Positions 1 through 11,241 are shown, counted from the first letter of the stretch. The stretch is DNA of 64,000 nucleotides from Alphaproteobacteria bacterium (GCA_964291215.2 OZ219791.1:3264001-3328000); one strand, 5' to 3'. Numbers and translations are program-made. Notes: a model not told the origin generated them from the letters alone.

Positions 1-1
1 G

Positions 2-193
2 GAGCGCCGGGCTGATCTACCGGCGATCGGTGTCTCGACGGTCGAAGCGGCCGTGAGCGCCGGCCTGCGCGGCATTGCTCTCGAGGCTGGCGGCGCGCTG
101 ATCATCGGACGGGACGCCGTCGTTGCCGCTGCCGACAAGGGCGGCATATTCGTTTTCGGAACCGAAGCCCCGGAAGTCGATGGAGGCCGATGA
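2..193 (+). CDS. lpxI: LpxI UDP-2,3-diacylglucosamine diphosphatase, C-terminal part (5' end outside window)
   Basis: Manual translation from base 2 gives ERRADLPAIGVSTVEAAVSAGLRGIALEAGGALII...GIFVFG, stop at 191-193. The DLPAIG motif and the position directly upstream of lpxB fit alphaproteobacterial lpxI. Confidence 0.8.
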   Translation, partial: ERRADLPAIGVSTVEAAVSAGLRGIALEAGGALIIGRDAVVAAADKGGIFVFGTEAPEVDGGR

Positions 194-1409
194 TCTGGCG
201 CCGCTGGTCTGGCTGATTGCTGGAGAGCCTTCTGGCGACCTTCTCGGCGCCCGGCTGATGGCGGCGCTACGCGAACAGACTGGTGGCCGGATCAGGCTGG
301 CCGGCATAGGCGGCGAGCAGATGACGGCCCAGGGGCTGAACAGCCGTTTTCCGATATCCGATATTACGGTCATGGGAATGGCCGAGGTCCTGCCGCGGAT
401 TCGCCTGATTCGGCGGCGCATCGACGAAACCGCTGCGCAGATTCTCGGCGACAGGCCGGATGTCGTGGTATCCATAGATTCGCCGGGATTCTGCTACAGG
501 GTCTGGAAAAAGCTGGTGGGCCGCGGCATTCCGCTCATTCACTACGTTGCTCCAACGGTCTGGATATGGAAGCCGGAAAGAGCCCGCAAATTCGCGCGGT
601 TGCTCGACCACTTGATGGTGGTACTTCCGTTCGAGCCGCCCTATTTCCAAAAGGAGGGGCTGGCCTGCACCTTTGTCGGCCACCCGGTGGTCGAGGAACC
701 GGATGGCCGGGGGGACGGCGGTGCTTTTCGGAAAGCCCATGGAATTTCACGAAAGACAAAAATCATATGCGTGCTACCCGGCAGTCGGCGCTCGGAGGTT
801 GTCCGGCTCCTGCCTGCGTTTCGGGATGCAGCCGAACGGGTGAGCCGCCAAACTCCCGGAGTCGTGTACTGCTTTCCGACGCTTCCGTTTCTTGACGAGA
901 TTGTGCAGTCTGGGACGGCGCGTTGGCCCAGTCGCGCGATTGTCGTGACGTCGGCGGCCGAGAGACGCGATGCGATGGCTGCAAGCGATGTTGCGATGGC
1001 GGCTTCAGGCACGGTGTCGCTTGAACTGGCAAGGGCTGCAATTCCGCATGTTGTCGCTTACCGGGTGCACGGCGTAACGGCGACGCTGTTCCGGGTAATG
1101 CAGAAGGGACGGTTGCGCTATGCGAATCTCGTCAACATACTGCTTGACAGGGAAGCAATTCCGGAATTCCTGCAGCAAAAGTGCCGCGGGGACCGGATAG
1201 CGGCAGCCGTGACCGCGCTCCTTGAGACCGGGGCGGCTGCATCTGCCCAGAAGGAGGCGGCATCACAGGCGCTGGGGATGCTGCGCGCCGGCAGTCGTGC
1301 ACCGAGCTTGGCCGCAGCCGCCATTGTCCTCGCCCATGCGTACGGGCAGGTGTCCCGGGGCGCGGGCGTAGCGCAGACAGACGAAAACACTGACGGAGAG
1401 ACAGCATGA
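180..1409 (+). CDS. lpxB: Lipid-A-disaccharide synthase
   Basis: Motifs IAGEPSGDLLGA, IDSPGF, HYVAPTVW, LPFE, FVGHP, LPGSRRSE, ASGTVSLE. ATG at 180 overlaps the lpxI end. Confidence 0.95.
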   Translation: MEADDLAPLVWLIAGEPSGDLLGARLMAALREQTGGRIRLAGIGGEQMTAQGLNSRFPISDITVMGMAEVLPRIRLIRRRIDETAAQILGDRPDVVVSIDSPGFCYRVWKKLVGRGIPLIHYVAPTVWIWKPERARKFARLLDHLMVVLPFEPPYFQKEGLACTFVGHPVVEEPDGRGDGGAFRKAHGISRKTKIICVLPGSRRSEVVRLLPAFRDAAERVSRQTPGVVYCFPTLPFLDEIVQSGTARWPSRAIVVTSAAERRDAMAASDVAMAASGTVSLELARAAIPHVVAYRVHGVTATLFRVMQKGRLRYANLVNILLDREAIPEFLQQKCRGDRIAAAVTALLETGAAASAQKEAASQALGMLRAGSRAPSLAAAAIVLAHAYGQVSRGAGVAQTDENTDGETA

Positions 1410-1813
1410 CTGCCGATAAAAGCGGATTCCGTTTTCTGCACACAATGATCCGCGTCAGGAATCTTGAAAAATCGATCGACTTCTATTCGCGGCATCTCGG
1501 GATGCAGGTCCTGCGACAGAAGGATTTCCCCGGCGGCAAGTTCACCAATACCTTCATGGGCTACGGGGACGAGGATCTTCATACGGTGTTGGAACTCACC
1601 CACAACTGGGAGCAGGAAGAGCCGTACACCCATGGTTCCGGATTCGGGCACCTTGCGGTCTCGGTTCCTGACATCAATGCCGCCTGTGCGCGGATGGAGG
1701 CCGAAGGGGTGAACATACCGAGGCCGCCCGGACCCATGAAGCACGGTACGACCGTGATCGCGTTTATCGAGGATCCGGACGGTTACAAGATAGAGCTGAT
1801 CGAAAGGAAATGA
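1406..1813 (+). CDS. gloA: Lactoylglutathione lyase (glyoxalase I)
   Basis: LHTMIRV..L..SIDFY, LELTHNW, GFGHLA, AFIEDPDGYKIELI. Confidence 0.93.
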   Translation: MTADKSGFRFLHTMIRVRNLEKSIDFYSRHLGMQVLRQKDFPGGKFTNTFMGYGDEDLHTVLELTHNWEQEEPYTHGSGFGHLAVSVPDINAACARMEAEGVNIPRPPGPMKHGTTVIAFIEDPDGYKIELIERK

Positions 1814-1835
1814 GGCGGCGGTATCGGCCGGGGGG

Positions 1836-3152
1836 TCAGCGGGCTTCTATGGATACGAACTTTCGTTTTTCGGGTCCGAGATAGAGTTGGCGCGGACGTC
1901 CGATCTTCTGGTCGGGATCCTCAATCATCTCGTTCCAGTGCGCGACCCATCCCACCGTCCTGGCCACTGCAAAAAGGGCGGTGAACATCGATTCCGGAAT
2001 GCCGATCGCGCGGAAGATGATGCCCGAATAGAAGTCGACATTGGGGTAGAGCCTGCGCTCGACAAAATAGTCGTCTTCCAGCGCAATGCGTTCAAGTTCG
2101 ATCGCCAGCTCGAGAAGTGGCTCGTCCCTGATGCGGAGCGCATCGAGAACTTGATGACATGTATCACGCATGATTTTCGCGCGGGGGTCGAAATTCTTGT
2201 AGACGCGGTGACCGAAGCCCATCAGGCGGAACGGATTATGCCGATCCTTTGCCTTGACGATATACTCAGGGATACGGTTCACACTGCCGATCTCGTGAAG
2301 CATGTTGAGGACGGCTTCATTGGCTCCTCCGTGGGCCGGACCCCAGAGGCTGGCAATACCCGCCGCGATGCAGGCAAACGGATTTGCTCCCGACGAACCC
2401 GCAAGTCTCACCGTTGATGTCGAAGCGTTCTGCTCGTGGTCGGCATGCAACGTCAGGATTCGATCCATGGCCCGGGCTATGACCGGATCCACGCCATAGG
2501 ATTCGCAGGGAGTTGCGAACATCATGTGGAGCAGGTCTTCCGCATATGTCAGGTCGTTCCTCGGATACATGAACGGCTGGCCGAGCGCGTACTTGAACGC
2601 CCATGCTGCGATCGTCGGCATCTTGGCGACAAGCCGATAGGAGGCAATCATGCGCTGCTGGGGATCCGAGATGTCGGTGGAGTCGTGATAGAACGCGGAG
2701 AGGGCGCCGACCACGCCGCACATGATCGCCATGGGATGGGCATCACGGCGGAAGCCGTTGTAGAAGTTGTGCAACTGCTCATGCACCATCGTGTGGTAGG
2801 TGATGTCGTGGACGAACCTGTCCCTTTCGTTGGCGTTCGGCAATTCTCCTTTCAGCAGCAGATACGAGATCTCGCTGAAATCGCAATGCTGGGCGAGATC
2901 CTCGATAGGATAGCCGCGATAGAGGAGGATTCCGGCGTCGCCGTCGATATAGGTGATTTTTGAATCGCAGCTTCCGGTCGCCATGAAGCCGGGATCGAAG
3001 GTAAAGCAGTCAAGTTCCGAATAGAGCGCACGTATGTCGATCACCCTTGGACCGGCCGTTCCGCTGAGCAGGGGCATTTCCAGTTTCCTGCCCGTTGAAT
3101 TGTCGGTGAGCGTGACCGTTTCGTTGCCGACTGCTGCCTTGCCCTTGTTCAT
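1836..3152 (-). CDS. gltA: Citrate synthase (type II)
   Basis: [41 protein letters not shown]. Confidence 0.97.
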   Translation of the reverse strand: MNKGKAAVGNETVTLTDNSTGRKLEMPLLSGTAGPRVIDIRALYSELDCFTFDPGFMATGSCDSKITYIDGDAGILLYRGYPIEDLAQHCDFSEISYLLLKGELPNANERDRFVHDITYHTMVHEQLHNFYNGFRRDAHPMAIMCGVVGALSAFYHDSTDISDPQQRMIASYRLVAKMPTIAAWAFKYALGQPFMYPRNDLTYAEDLLHMMFATPCESYGVDPVIARAMDRILTLHADHEQNASTSTVRLAGSSGANPFACIAAGIASLWGPAHGGANEAVLNMLHEIGSVNRIPEYIVKAKDRHNPFRLMGFGHRVYKNFDPRAKIMRDTCHQVLDALRIRDEPLLELAIELERIALEDDYFVERRLYPNVDFYSGIIFRAIGIPESMFTALFAVARTVGWVAHWNEMIEDPDQKIGRPRQLYLGPEKRKFVSIEAR

Positions 3153-3338
3153 CGTGGCCCTTCTCCCTGTTCCGTTCGCTGATTCTCTTCATCGGCAGGC
3201 AAAGCCTCACCAAAGACCGTCCATCGGTTCCTGATTCCGAAAGGCGGGAAAATACACGCTTTGCGGCGCCAGATCAAAGACGTGCTCGTTGCAGGGAGCC
3301 GTTGCGGGAAACATCTCGCGGCAGGCAGGCGCCCACTG

Positions 3339-4772
3339 TCACGAGGGTGATGCCGGCACGGTGGCGGTTGTTCCGGTGGCCTCAGCGATGCGAGCCAGCG
3401 TCTCGTCGCGGCCGAGGATGGCGGCAACCTCGAAGATTCCAGGCGACACGTTGCTGCCGGTCAACGCTGCGCGCAGCGGCTGGGCGATTGCACCGAGCTT
3501 GAGATTCCTGTCGGCCGCAAACCTCCTTACGGCGTCTTCGAGCCCCTGTTCATCCCACTCCGTGACGTCGCCAAGCGTGGCGCAGAGTTCGGCGAGATGT
3601 CCGGGTGCGGATCCGGCAAGCAGCTTCACCGCCTTCGGGTTCGGTGTAAGCGGCCTCGGGCGGGCGTAAAAAAGGAGGGAATCGGCGAGATCGACCAATG
3701 TCTTCGCGCGCGCCTTGGCGGCCGGAATCCCTGCGAGGATACGTTGTCCGACATGTTCCGGGAGCAGAGCTCCAATCTCGCGTTCGATCACCGGAATTAC
3801 CTGGCCGGCGAGAGCGTCGTCATCGCTTGCCGACAGGTAGAGCCCGTTCAGATGGGAAAGCCTGTCGAGATCGAAACGAGCGGCGCCCCTGTTCACGTCA
3901 GAGACGTCAAACCAGTCGATCGCCTGATCAAGGGTGAAGACCTCGTCGTTACCATGACTCCAGCCGAGCCGGCAGAGATAGTTCAACAGCGCCTCGGGCA
4001 GGACACCCATCTCGCGGTAGGCCTCGACACCCAGCGCGCCATGGCGCTTGGAGAGCTTGGCGCCGTCCGCGCCGTGGATCAGCGGAATATGCGCATATGC
4101 CGGCAAATTCCACCCAAGCGCCTGAAACAATTGAGATTGGCGGGCGGCGTTGTTGAGGTGGTCGTCGCCGCGAATGACATGCGTCACCCCCATATCGTGA
4201 TCGTCAACGACCACCGAAAGAGTATAGGTCGGCGTCCCGTCTGCGCGCACCATGATCAGGTCGTCGAGTACCGAATTGTCGGTTGCGACCGGGCCCTGGA
4301 CCATGTCCTCTACCACCGTCACGCCGTTTGCCGGGGCGCGGAACCGGATGACGGGATCAATCCCTTCCGGGGCTTCGGAAGCCGGACGGTCGCGCCATGT
4401 GCCGTCATAGCGGACGGGTCTGCCCTCGGCCTTTGCCCTTTGGCGCATCTCGGAGAGTTCTTCCGGGGTGCAGTAGCAGTAATAGGCGTGTCCGGCGTCG
4501 AGCAGCGCCCTCGCCACTTCCGCGTGACGCCCCCTCCTGTCGTATTGGAAGACGGGTTCGTCGTCCCAGTGAAGCCCGAGCCACGAAAGGCCGTCCAGAA
4601 TCGCGTCTGTCGCCTCGGGTGTCGAACGCTTGCGGTCGGTGTCTTCGATGCGGAGCAGGAACGTTCCCCCGCCATGGCGGGCATACAACCAATTGAACAG
4701 TGCTGTCCTCGCTCCACCGATGTGGAGAAACCCTGTCGGCGAGGGTGCAAAACGGGTGACAACCTTCGTCAT
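3339..4772 (-). CDS. gltX: Glutamate--tRNA ligase
   Basis: [34 protein letters not shown]. Confidence 0.96.
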   Translation of the reverse strand: MTKVVTRFAPSPTGFLHIGGARTALFNWLYARHGGGTFLLRIEDTDRKRSTPEATDAILDGLSWLGLHWDDEPVFQYDRRGRHAEVARALLDAGHAYYCYCTPEELSEMRQRAKAEGRPVRYDGTWRDRPASEAPEGIDPVIRFRAPANGVTVVEDMVQGPVATDNSVLDDLIMVRADGTPTYTLSVVVDDHDMGVTHVIRGDDHLNNAARQSQLFQALGWNLPAYAHIPLIHGADGAKLSKRHGALGVEAYREMGVLPEALLNYLCRLGWSHGNDEVFTLDQAIDWFDVSDVNRGAARFDLDRLSHLNGLYLSASDDDALAGQVIPVIEREIGALLPEHVGQRILAGIPAAKARAKTLVDLADSLLFYARPRPLTPNPKAVKLLAGSAPGHLAELCATLGDVTEWDEQGLEDAVRRFAADRNLKLGAIAQPLRAALTGSNVSPGIFEVAAILGRDETLARIAEATGTTATVPASPS

Positions 4773-4813
4773 CGGCGGTCTTCGGGAAACTCTGCAGGGG
4801 CCGTCCGGCCTGG

Positions 4814-5515
4814 TCAGTACTTCCGGACCAGTCCGACCAGGCGGCCCTGGACACGGATCTGGTCGGGGCCAAATATCCGGGTTTCGTGGTTGGCATTCGC
4901 TGGTTCCAGCGCGATCGACGCCCCCCGGCGGCGGAACCGCTTGAGGGTTGCTTCCTGCCCCTCGACCAGCGCAACGACGATGTCGCCGTTCTCGGCCGTG
5001 TCGGTCCGTCTGATCAGGACCACATCACCGTCGAATATGCCTGCCTCGATCATCGAATCGCCCTCGATCTCGAGGGCATAGTGCTCGCCCCGCCCGACAA
5101 GGCCGGGAGGGGCGTCAAAGGTGCGCGAATGGTCCCTGAGGGCCTCGATCGGCGTGCCCGCGGCGATCTTGCCGTAGAACGGCAACTCTGCCGCGCCCGT
5201 GCCGGCGGGCGCTTCGGAATCGGCCGGCTGTTCGCCGCGCACGAACGATCCGCTGATTACCCGGGGCCTGAAGTTGCCGGCGATCTGCCCGGTTCCCGCA
5301 TGTGGCGGCCGGCGCAGGATTTCGAGAGCCCTTGCCTTGTACGGCATGCGCCGGAGGAAGCCGCGTTCCTCGAGAGAGCTGATCAGACGGTAGATTCCGG
5401 ATTTGGATCTGAGGCCCAGCGCTTCCTTCATTTCCTCGTAGGACGGCGACACGCCGGTAGCGTTGATCTGCCGGTCTATGAAGGTCAGCAATTCGCTTTG
5501 CTTTTTCGTCAACAT
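4814..5515 (-). CDS. lexA: SOS repressor LexA
   Basis: N-terminal wHTH ([18 protein letters not shown]), AAG cleavage site, GDSM catalytic Ser, TLK catalytic Lys. Confidence 0.96.
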   Translation of the reverse strand: MLTKKQSELLTFIDRQINATGVSPSYEEMKEALGLRSKSGIYRLISSLEERGFLRRMPYKARALEILRRPPHAGTGQIAGNFRPRVISGSFVRGEQPADSEAPAGTGAAELPFYGKIAAGTPIEALRDHSRTFDAPPGLVGRGEHYALEIEGDSMIEAGIFDGDVVLIRRTDTAENGDIVVALVEGQEATLKRFRRRGASIALEPANANHETRIFGPDQIRVQGRLVGLVRKY

Positions 5516-5572
5516 TTGCTGCTTTCCGACTGGTTTCAGCGATCGGTCCGAGAAAACAAACCGCAGACATAT

Positions 5573-5587
5573 GTTTATGGTTTGTTC
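5573..5587. promoter_or_regulatory. Alphaproteobacterial LexA box (autoregulation of lexA)
   Basis: GTTT-atggttt-GTTC, one mismatch to GTTC-N7-GTTC, about 60 bp upstream of the lexA start. A -35-like TTGACT lies on the minus strand at 5595-5600. Confidence 0.7.
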
Positions 5588-5643
5588 CAGATCAAGTCAA
5601 GAATCACCGCACGCCTCTCCGGGTGGCGCGGTGCCGAAGCCGC

Positions 5644-6870
5644 CTAGGTGCTGACTATGCTGCCGCCGAGCTGGATTATCTTGACCCGGTCTCCGGATGA
5701 CGCTGGCGGTGCGAAAGGGGGGCGGACGACGAGCGCATCGGCACGGGCCATGGTGGCGAACATCGAGCTGTCCTGTTTCGAAAAGGGCCTGACGACGAAG
5801 CCGCCGCCGTCGGATCGGTGAAGTGTGCCCCGCAGGTAGTCCTCGCGTTCGTCGTTCGCAGGAAGCGCGCGGTCGAGGCGGGCGCTTCCGGTTCGGGGAA
5901 GGACATCGACCATGCCCATCATCTTCCGTATCGCAGGTGCGAGAAACATGACCGCGCACACGAGGGATGAAACCGGGTTCCCCGGCAGCCCGATCATGTA
6001 GCTGTCCCTGAAGTTCCCAAACATCAGCGGCTTGCCGGGGCGCATGGCGATGCGCCAGAAATCGACTGCAAGCCCGATGTCGCCAAGCACGCTCTGCACT
6101 AGGTCATGGTCCCCGACCGACGCGCCGCCAGTGGTCAGGAGGATGTCGCTGCCGCGCGCGCTGGCAGCCAGGGTGCGCAGTTCGCCGGCTTCGTCAGCGG
6201 CAATGCCGATATCCATCGCTTCCGCGCCTTGGGCCGTGATGAAGGCGCAGAGCGCGAGGGCGTTCGAGCTCACGATCTGGTTGCGGCCGACAGGATCGCC
6301 CGGCATGACGATTTCGTCGCCGGTCGCGAGCACGGAAATCCGTGGCCTGCGGCGGACCATCAGCCACGGGATGTTCATCGCGGCCGCGAGGCCGACGTCG
6401 CGCGCCGTCAGCACGCGACCGGCTTCGAGAAGGGTGTCTCCCTCGCAGAAATCCAGCCCCGCCGGGCGCACATAGCGCCCCGGCGGGGCCTCGCCGGCGA
6501 CGACGCGCACCGATGGCCCGGCCGCTTGCGTGTTTTCCTGAATGACGATGGTGTCGGCGCCATCAGGCAGCGGCGCCCCGGTGAAGATCCGCACCGCCTG
6601 TCCGGCCTGCAAGCGGCCGTCGAAGGCATGTCCGGCCGGAGCGTATCCCACGATGTCCAGATCGGCCGGGAGTTTGGCGGCATCGGCGGCGCGGACAGCA
6701 TACCCGTCCATTGCCGAGACCGGCATTGGCGGCTGGCTTCGCCGCGCAATCAGATTCTCCGCCAACACGCGGCCGAGTCCGTCAGCCACGGGGACCTGTT
6801 CCGCGGCGACCAGCGGCATGGCCTCGACGATGCGGCGCTGGGCATCGGCCACCGGCAGGAGATCGGACAT
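5644..6870 (-). CDS. moeA: Molybdopterin molybdenumtransferase
   Basis: SAMDGYAV, RIFTGAP, TGGASVGDHD, RPGKP, LPGNPVS. Start taken at MSDLLPV. Confidence 0.95.
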   Translation of the reverse strand: MSDLLPVADAQRRIVEAMPLVAAEQVPVADGLGRVLAENLIARRSQPPMPVSAMDGYAVRAADAAKLPADLDIVGYAPAGHAFDGRLQAGQAVRIFTGAPLPDGADTIVIQENTQAAGPSVRVVAGEAPPGRYVRPAGLDFCEGDTLLEAGRVLTARDVGLAAAMNIPWLMVRRRPRISVLATGDEIVMPGDPVGRNQIVSSNALALCAFITAQGAEAMDIGIAADEAGELRTLAASARGSDILLTTGGASVGDHDLVQSVLGDIGLAVDFWRIAMRPGKPLMFGNFRDSYMIGLPGNPVSSLVCAVMFLAPAIRKMMGMVDVLPRTGSARLDRALPANDEREDYLRGTLHRSDGGGFVVRPFSKQDSSMFATMARADALVVRPPFAPPASSGDRVKIIQLGGSIVST

Positions 6871-6871
6871 G

Positions 6872-7378
6872 TCAGGCGGCGCTTTCCGGATCCGGTCGCT
6901 CGTCCGACGCCGCGAATTCTCCCGACCGCCCGCCGGACTTTCGGACAAGCCGGATATCGGTGAGGCGCATGGTGCGGTCGACCGCCTTGCACATGTCGTA
7001 GATGGTGAGCGCCGCGACCGAAACGGCGGTCATGGCCTCCATCTCGACGCCGGTGCGGGCCTTCAGGCGGCAGGTCACCTCGATATCGACGGCATTGCGC
7101 CCGTGATTGCAGCTCAGATTCAGATCCACCTGGTCGAGCGCAAGCGAATGACAGAGGGGAATGAGTTCGGCAGTCCGCTTGGCGGCCATGATGCCGGCAA
7201 GCTTGGCCACCGACAGGACGTCGCCCTTTTTCATTGTGCCGGCGGCAACCAGCTCGAGGGTCTGTGGCTGCATCAGCACGCTGCCGCGCGCCGTGGCGGT
7301 GCGCTCGGTGGTGTCTTTGCCCGAAATGTCCACCATGCGCGCGCTGCCGTCGGTGCCGATATGGGTGAGAGAGGACAT
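6872..7378 (-). CDS. moaC: Cyclic pyranopterin monophosphate synthase
   Basis: LTHI..G.ARMVD, LIPLCH, TGVEMEA, YDMCKAVD, KSGG. Confidence 0.96.
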   Translation of the reverse strand: MSSLTHIGTDGSARMVDISGKDTTERTATARGSVLMQPQTLELVAAGTMKKGDVLSVAKLAGIMAAKRTAELIPLCHSLALDQVDLNLSCNHGRNAVDIEVTCRLKARTGVEMEAMTAVSVAALTIYDMCKAVDRTMRLTDIRLVRKSGGRSGEFAASDERPDPESAA

Positions 7379-8196
7379 CAGGTGCTCGCGCCCTCGAGGA
7401 CATTGTCGGCGGCAAGCAGCCTGGCCGCGGCCTCGACGTCATCCCGGCGCATCAGCGCCTCTCCGATCAGGAAGGCGCGGGCGCCGGCGGCGCGCATGGC
7501 CAGGAGATCGCCCGGTCCGGAAAGTCCGCTTTCGCTGACGATGAGGCGGCCCGCGGCAAGCGCCCTGGGAGCGAGACGGCGTGTGGTCGCCGTGTCCGTC
7601 TTCAGGCTCTTGAGATCGCGGTTGTTGATGCCGAGAAGGGGCGATCCGAGCTTCATCGCGCGGTCGAGCTCGGCGGCGTCATGAACTTCCACCAGTACGT
7701 CCATGTCCCAGTGAAAGGCCGCTGCCTCGAGCTCGGCCGCAAGGACATCGTCGATGGCGGCGAGAATCAGCAAGATGCAGTCGGCGCCGAGCATTCTGGA
7801 TTCAGCGACCTGATAGGGGTCGATGATGAAGTCCTTGCGCAGTACCGGCAGGGAGACGGCCTCGCGGGCCTCCACGAGATGGTGATCCGCGCCCTGGAAC
7901 CAGGGCATATCGGTGAGCACGGACATGCAGGTAGCGCCGCCACGCTCATAGGCGCGGGCAAGGTGGGCCGGGTTGAAGTCCTCGCGAATGAGCCCCTTGC
8001 TGGGCGACGCTTTCTTGATCTCGGCAATGAGTCCGTAGCGGCCGCCGCCGGATTCCCTCTGCAGGGCCTTGGCGAATCTGCGCGTCGGGGACGCGTGCCG
8101 GGCTGCCGCCTCCACCTCGCCGGGCGGCATCGCGGCGCGGCGGGTTGCAACATGTTCCGCCTTGTCGGCGCATATCCGGGTCAGGGCGTCACTCAT
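7378..8196 (-). CDS. trpC: Indole-3-glycerol phosphate synthase
   Basis: IAEIKKASPSKG, SVLTD, LRKDF, GINNRDL, SESG, LIGEALM. Confidence 0.96.
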   Translation of the reverse strand: MSDALTRICADKAEHVATRRAAMPPGEVEAAARHASPTRRFAKALQRESGGGRYGLIAEIKKASPSKGLIREDFNPAHLARAYERGGATCMSVLTDMPWFQGADHHLVEAREAVSLPVLRKDFIIDPYQVAESRMLGADCILLILAAIDDVLAAELEAAAFHWDMDVLVEVHDAAELDRAMKLGSPLLGINNRDLKSLKTDTATTRRLAPRALAAGRLIVSESGLSGPGDLLAMRAAGARAFLIGEALMRRDDVEAAARLLAADNVLEGAST

Positions 8197-9238
8197 CGGT
8201 GTCCTCGTCCTCGGGCGGTTCCGGAGGCGTCTCGTTGGAGATCTCTATCATGCGGTCGAGAGCGCGGCGCGCGTGACCGTCGTCAAGCGACCGGGCCGCC
8301 ATCTCGACGCCATCCTTGAGGTTTTCCGCCCGGTCCGCGACGACGAGCGCGGCTGCGGAGGTGAAGAGGACCGTATCGCGAAAGGCGCTCGGCTGGCCGC
8401 CGAGGAGGCGGCGCATCGCGTCGGCGTTGAACTCGGCGTTACCGCCCCGGAGATCGCCGAGCCGGCACACCGGCAGACCCGCGTCGTCAGGAATGACCTC
8501 GAACGTCGTGATGCTGCCGCTCCTCAGCTCGGCGACGCTTGCGGGGCCGCTGGTCGACAGTTCGTCGAGGCCGCCAGAGCCGTGCACGACCCATGCCTGC
8601 CGCGCGCCGAGTTCACCTAGGACCCGGGCGACGGGTTCCACCCATTCGGGTGCGAAAACGCCGACCAGCAGCCGGTCCACCATCGCCGGGTTCGAGAGCG
8701 GACCGAGCATATTGAACACGGTGCGAAAGGCGAGTTCGACCCGCGGGCCGGCGACGTGCCGGGTTGCGTTGTGATGGCGGGGGGCCATCATGAAGCCGAT
8801 CCCGGCCTCGGCGATCGATTTTTCGATCAGCCGCGTGTCAGCATCGATATTGACTCCGAGAGCCCCGAGCACATCGGCCGCGCCGGCGCGCGAGGACAGG
8901 GCGCGGTTGCCGTGTTTTGCGATGGGAACACCGCAGCCGGCCACCGTGAGGGCGGAAGCGGTCGAGATATTCAAGGTGCCGCTGCCGTCACCGCCGGTTC
9001 CGACGATGTCAATGGCGTCGGGCGGGGCCGAGATGTGCAGCGCCTTGGCCCGCATCACGCGCGCAGCGGCAGCAATTTCCGTGACTGTCTCGCCGCGTAT
9101 TCGCAGGCTCATCAGGAACGCGCCGATTTGTGCCGGTGTCGCGTTGCCCGTCATTATCACGTCGAACGCCGTTTCGGCCTGCTCGTTGTTCAGCGCGTTG
9201 CCGTCGGCCACCAGCGCCAGGATACTCTTGAAATCCAT
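8189..9238 (-). CDS. trpD: Anthranilate phosphoribosyltransferase
   Basis: DIVGTGGDG, NIST, KHGNR, FNMLGPLSNP, GLDE. Start taken at MDFKSIL. Confidence 0.95.
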   Translation of the reverse strand: MDFKSILALVADGNALNNEQAETAFDVIMTGNATPAQIGAFLMSLRIRGETVTEIAAAARVMRAKALHISAPPDAIDIVGTGGDGSGTLNISTASALTVAGCGVPIAKHGNRALSSRAGAADVLGALGVNIDADTRLIEKSIAEAGIGFMMAPRHHNATRHVAGPRVELAFRTVFNMLGPLSNPAMVDRLLVGVFAPEWVEPVARVLGELGARQAWVVHGSGGLDELSTSGPASVAELRSGSITTFEVIPDDAGLPVCRLGDLRGGNAEFNADAMRRLLGGQPSAFRDTVLFTSAAALVVADRAENLKDGVEMAARSLDDGHARRALDRMIEISNETPPEPPEDEDTDE

Positions 9239-9613
9239 CGGGTTCCTTTTCCGTGAGCGCCGTCCGTTGCTTCGGGACTCGAGCCTTCGCGAAGCCATGC
9301 GGCCCGCAGCCGGTCGAAAAGGCCTCGTTGTCGGGACCAGCGACGATCCGCGCTCGACCGCCGGGGATCCTGCACAGGCCGGAAACACCCCACTCGTGCA
9401 TATATACACGGGAAGCGGTTCAATGCGAAGGATTCGGTGACGGGTGTCGCGCCGGCCCCTTGACAACACAGACGGCGATGTCGTTCGCCATGCCGTGCAT
9501 TGTGCGCAATGTCAGCGAACCGCTCTGCCTGTTCTTCCAATCTTGCGTTCAGGCGGTCGGAGCGGTAGGTTGGCATCAAGGCGGTACCAAAGGCCGATGG
9601 GTGGAGGGCTCAC

Positions 9614-10201
9614 ATGGAAATGACCGGAGAATACCGGATTGCCGCGCCGCGCGAGAAGGTCTGGCAGGCGCTCAACGATCCCGAAATACTCGCCGAGTGC
9701 ATTCCCGGATGCCAGAAACTCACCAAGGACTCGGACACCGAGATGTCGGCCGTGGTCAAGTCCAGGGTCGGCCCGGTCTCGGCGACGTTCACCGGCAAGG
9801 TGACGCTGAGTGATATCGTTCCGCCGAGCAGCTACCGGATCTCGGGCGACGGACAGGGCGGAGTCGCGGGATTCGCGAAGGGCGGCGCGGAAGTCACTCT
9901 GACCGAGGATGGATCGGAGACCGTGCTCACCTACACGGCGACCGCGCAGGTCGGCGGCAAGCTCGCACAGATCGGATCCCGTCTGATCGATTCGACGGCC
10001 AAGAAACTTGCCGGCGAATTCTTCGGCAAGTTCGCCGAGGAGGTGGCCGAACGAGAGGCGGAGCCGCCGTCCACCGAGGCGCCGCCCGAAACACCTGAGG
10101 AAACAGAGGCGCCGCAAGAGACGGCTGGCCTCAGCCCGAAGATATGGGTGGGCGGGCTGATCGCCGTTGTCGCGGTCGTGCTTCTGCTGCTCACCCTTTA
10201 G
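9614..10201 (+). CDS. coxG: CoxG / SRPBCC family protein with C-terminal membrane anchor
   Basis: VWQALNDPEILAECIPGC, GGVAGFAKG, VGGKLAQIGSRLID, hydrophobic C-terminus. Confidence 0.85.
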   Translation: MEMTGEYRIAAPREKVWQALNDPEILAECIPGCQKLTKDSDTEMSAVVKSRVGPVSATFTGKVTLSDIVPPSSYRISGDGQGGVAGFAKGGAEVTLTEDGSETVLTYTATAQVGGKLAQIGSRLIDSTAKKLAGEFFGKFAEEVAEREAEPPSTEAPPETPEETEAPQETAGLSPKIWVGGLIAVVAVVLLLLTL

Positions 10202-10389
10202 CTGCGGGGTGCGCCCCGCAGCGGCGGTCTCGCGGCGGCTTGCGCCTGCGCACGGATGTGTGGCACGATACCCGCAGGTGTCGGCGCACGACTGAAGCCT
10301 CGCGGAAGAACCCTGATTTCCGGCGTTGCGGCCCGAACAGCCGTGCGCCTGTCGTGCCGATGCGCTGCCGTTCGGTTGCGGAAACCATC

Positions 10390-11241
10390 ATGACCCTGCC
10401 TTTCACCAAGATGCACGGGCTTGGCAACGATTTCGTGGTGGTCGATGCGCGGCCCGGCCGGCCGGGCGCGGGCGTCGACATCACTGAAGCGCGCGCCGCC
10501 GCCATTGCCGACCGCCACACGGGGGTGGGTTGCGATCAACTCATTCGGCTGGAGGCGGACATGGAGGACGCAGCGCCACGCGCCGACGCCTTCATGCGGA
10601 TCCACAATGCGGATGGCGGAATTGTCGAGGCCTGCGGCAACGCCACACGCTGCGTGGGCGCTGTCCTGCTGGAGGAGACCGGGCAGCCCGATGTCCGCAT
10701 CCGCACAGCATCCGGGCTTCTGACGGTGCGTGGTGCCGCCGCCGGGCTGGTTACGGTCAACATGGGTGCGCCGGGTTTTCACTGGCGGCAGATTCCTCTG
10801 GCCGCGGAGAAGGAGACCCTGCATCTTCCGCTGGAACTCGGAGTCCTTCGGGATCCTGCTGCTGCCAGTATGGGCAATCCTCATGTGACTTTCTTCGTTG
10901 CGGAGCCCGACGCGGTGCCGCTGGCCGAACTGGGGTCGGTCCTCGAGCATCACGAGATGTTCCCCGAGCGCGTGAACGTAGGTGTGGCCGCGGTCGCCCC
11001 GGACAACCGCATGCGCCTCCGGGTATGGGAGCGCGGGGCGGGCATGACCCTGGCTTGCGGCACGGCGGCGTGCGCGGCAGCCGCCAATGCGCATCGCCGG
11101 GGCCTTTGCGGACGCACCGTGGCCGTCGAGATGGACGGCGGCGAACTCGAAATTGCGTGGCGGGAAGACGGCGATATCGAAATGACCGGCCCGGCGGCGG
11201 TGAGTTTCACCGGCGTCTACGATACGGGAGCCTGGTCATGA
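10390..11241 (+). CDS. dapF: Diaminopimelate epimerase
   Basis: FTKMHGLGNDF, GVGCDQ, ACGNATRC, SMGNPH, WERGAGMTLACGT. Confidence 0.96.
   Translation: MTLPFTKMHGLGNDFVVVDARPGRPGAGVDITEARAAAIADRHTGVGCDQLIRLEADMEDAAPRADAFMRIHNADGGIVEACGNATRCVGAVLLEETGQPDVRIRTASGLLTVRGAAAGLVTVNMGAPGFHWRQIPLAAEKETLHLPLELGVLRDPAAASMGNPHVTFFVAEPDAVPLAELGSVLEHHEMFPERVNVGVAAVAPDNRMRLRVWERGAGMTLACGTAACAAAANAHRRGLCGRTVAVEMDGGELEIAWREDGDIEMTGPAAVSFTGVYDTGAWS

Noticed and set aside
3597-5081. 494-aa plus-strand ORF
   Set aside because: Antisense shadow of gltX and lexA in high-GC DNA, with no motifs.
9614-10201. coxG as evidence of a CO dehydrogenase operon
   Set aside because: No coxL, coxM or coxS nearby; standalone CoxG-like genes are common.
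10530-11237. Apparent long N-terminal extension of MtaB (652-aa ORF)
   Set aside because: Overlaps dapF in another frame; MtaB homology starts at ATG 11238.
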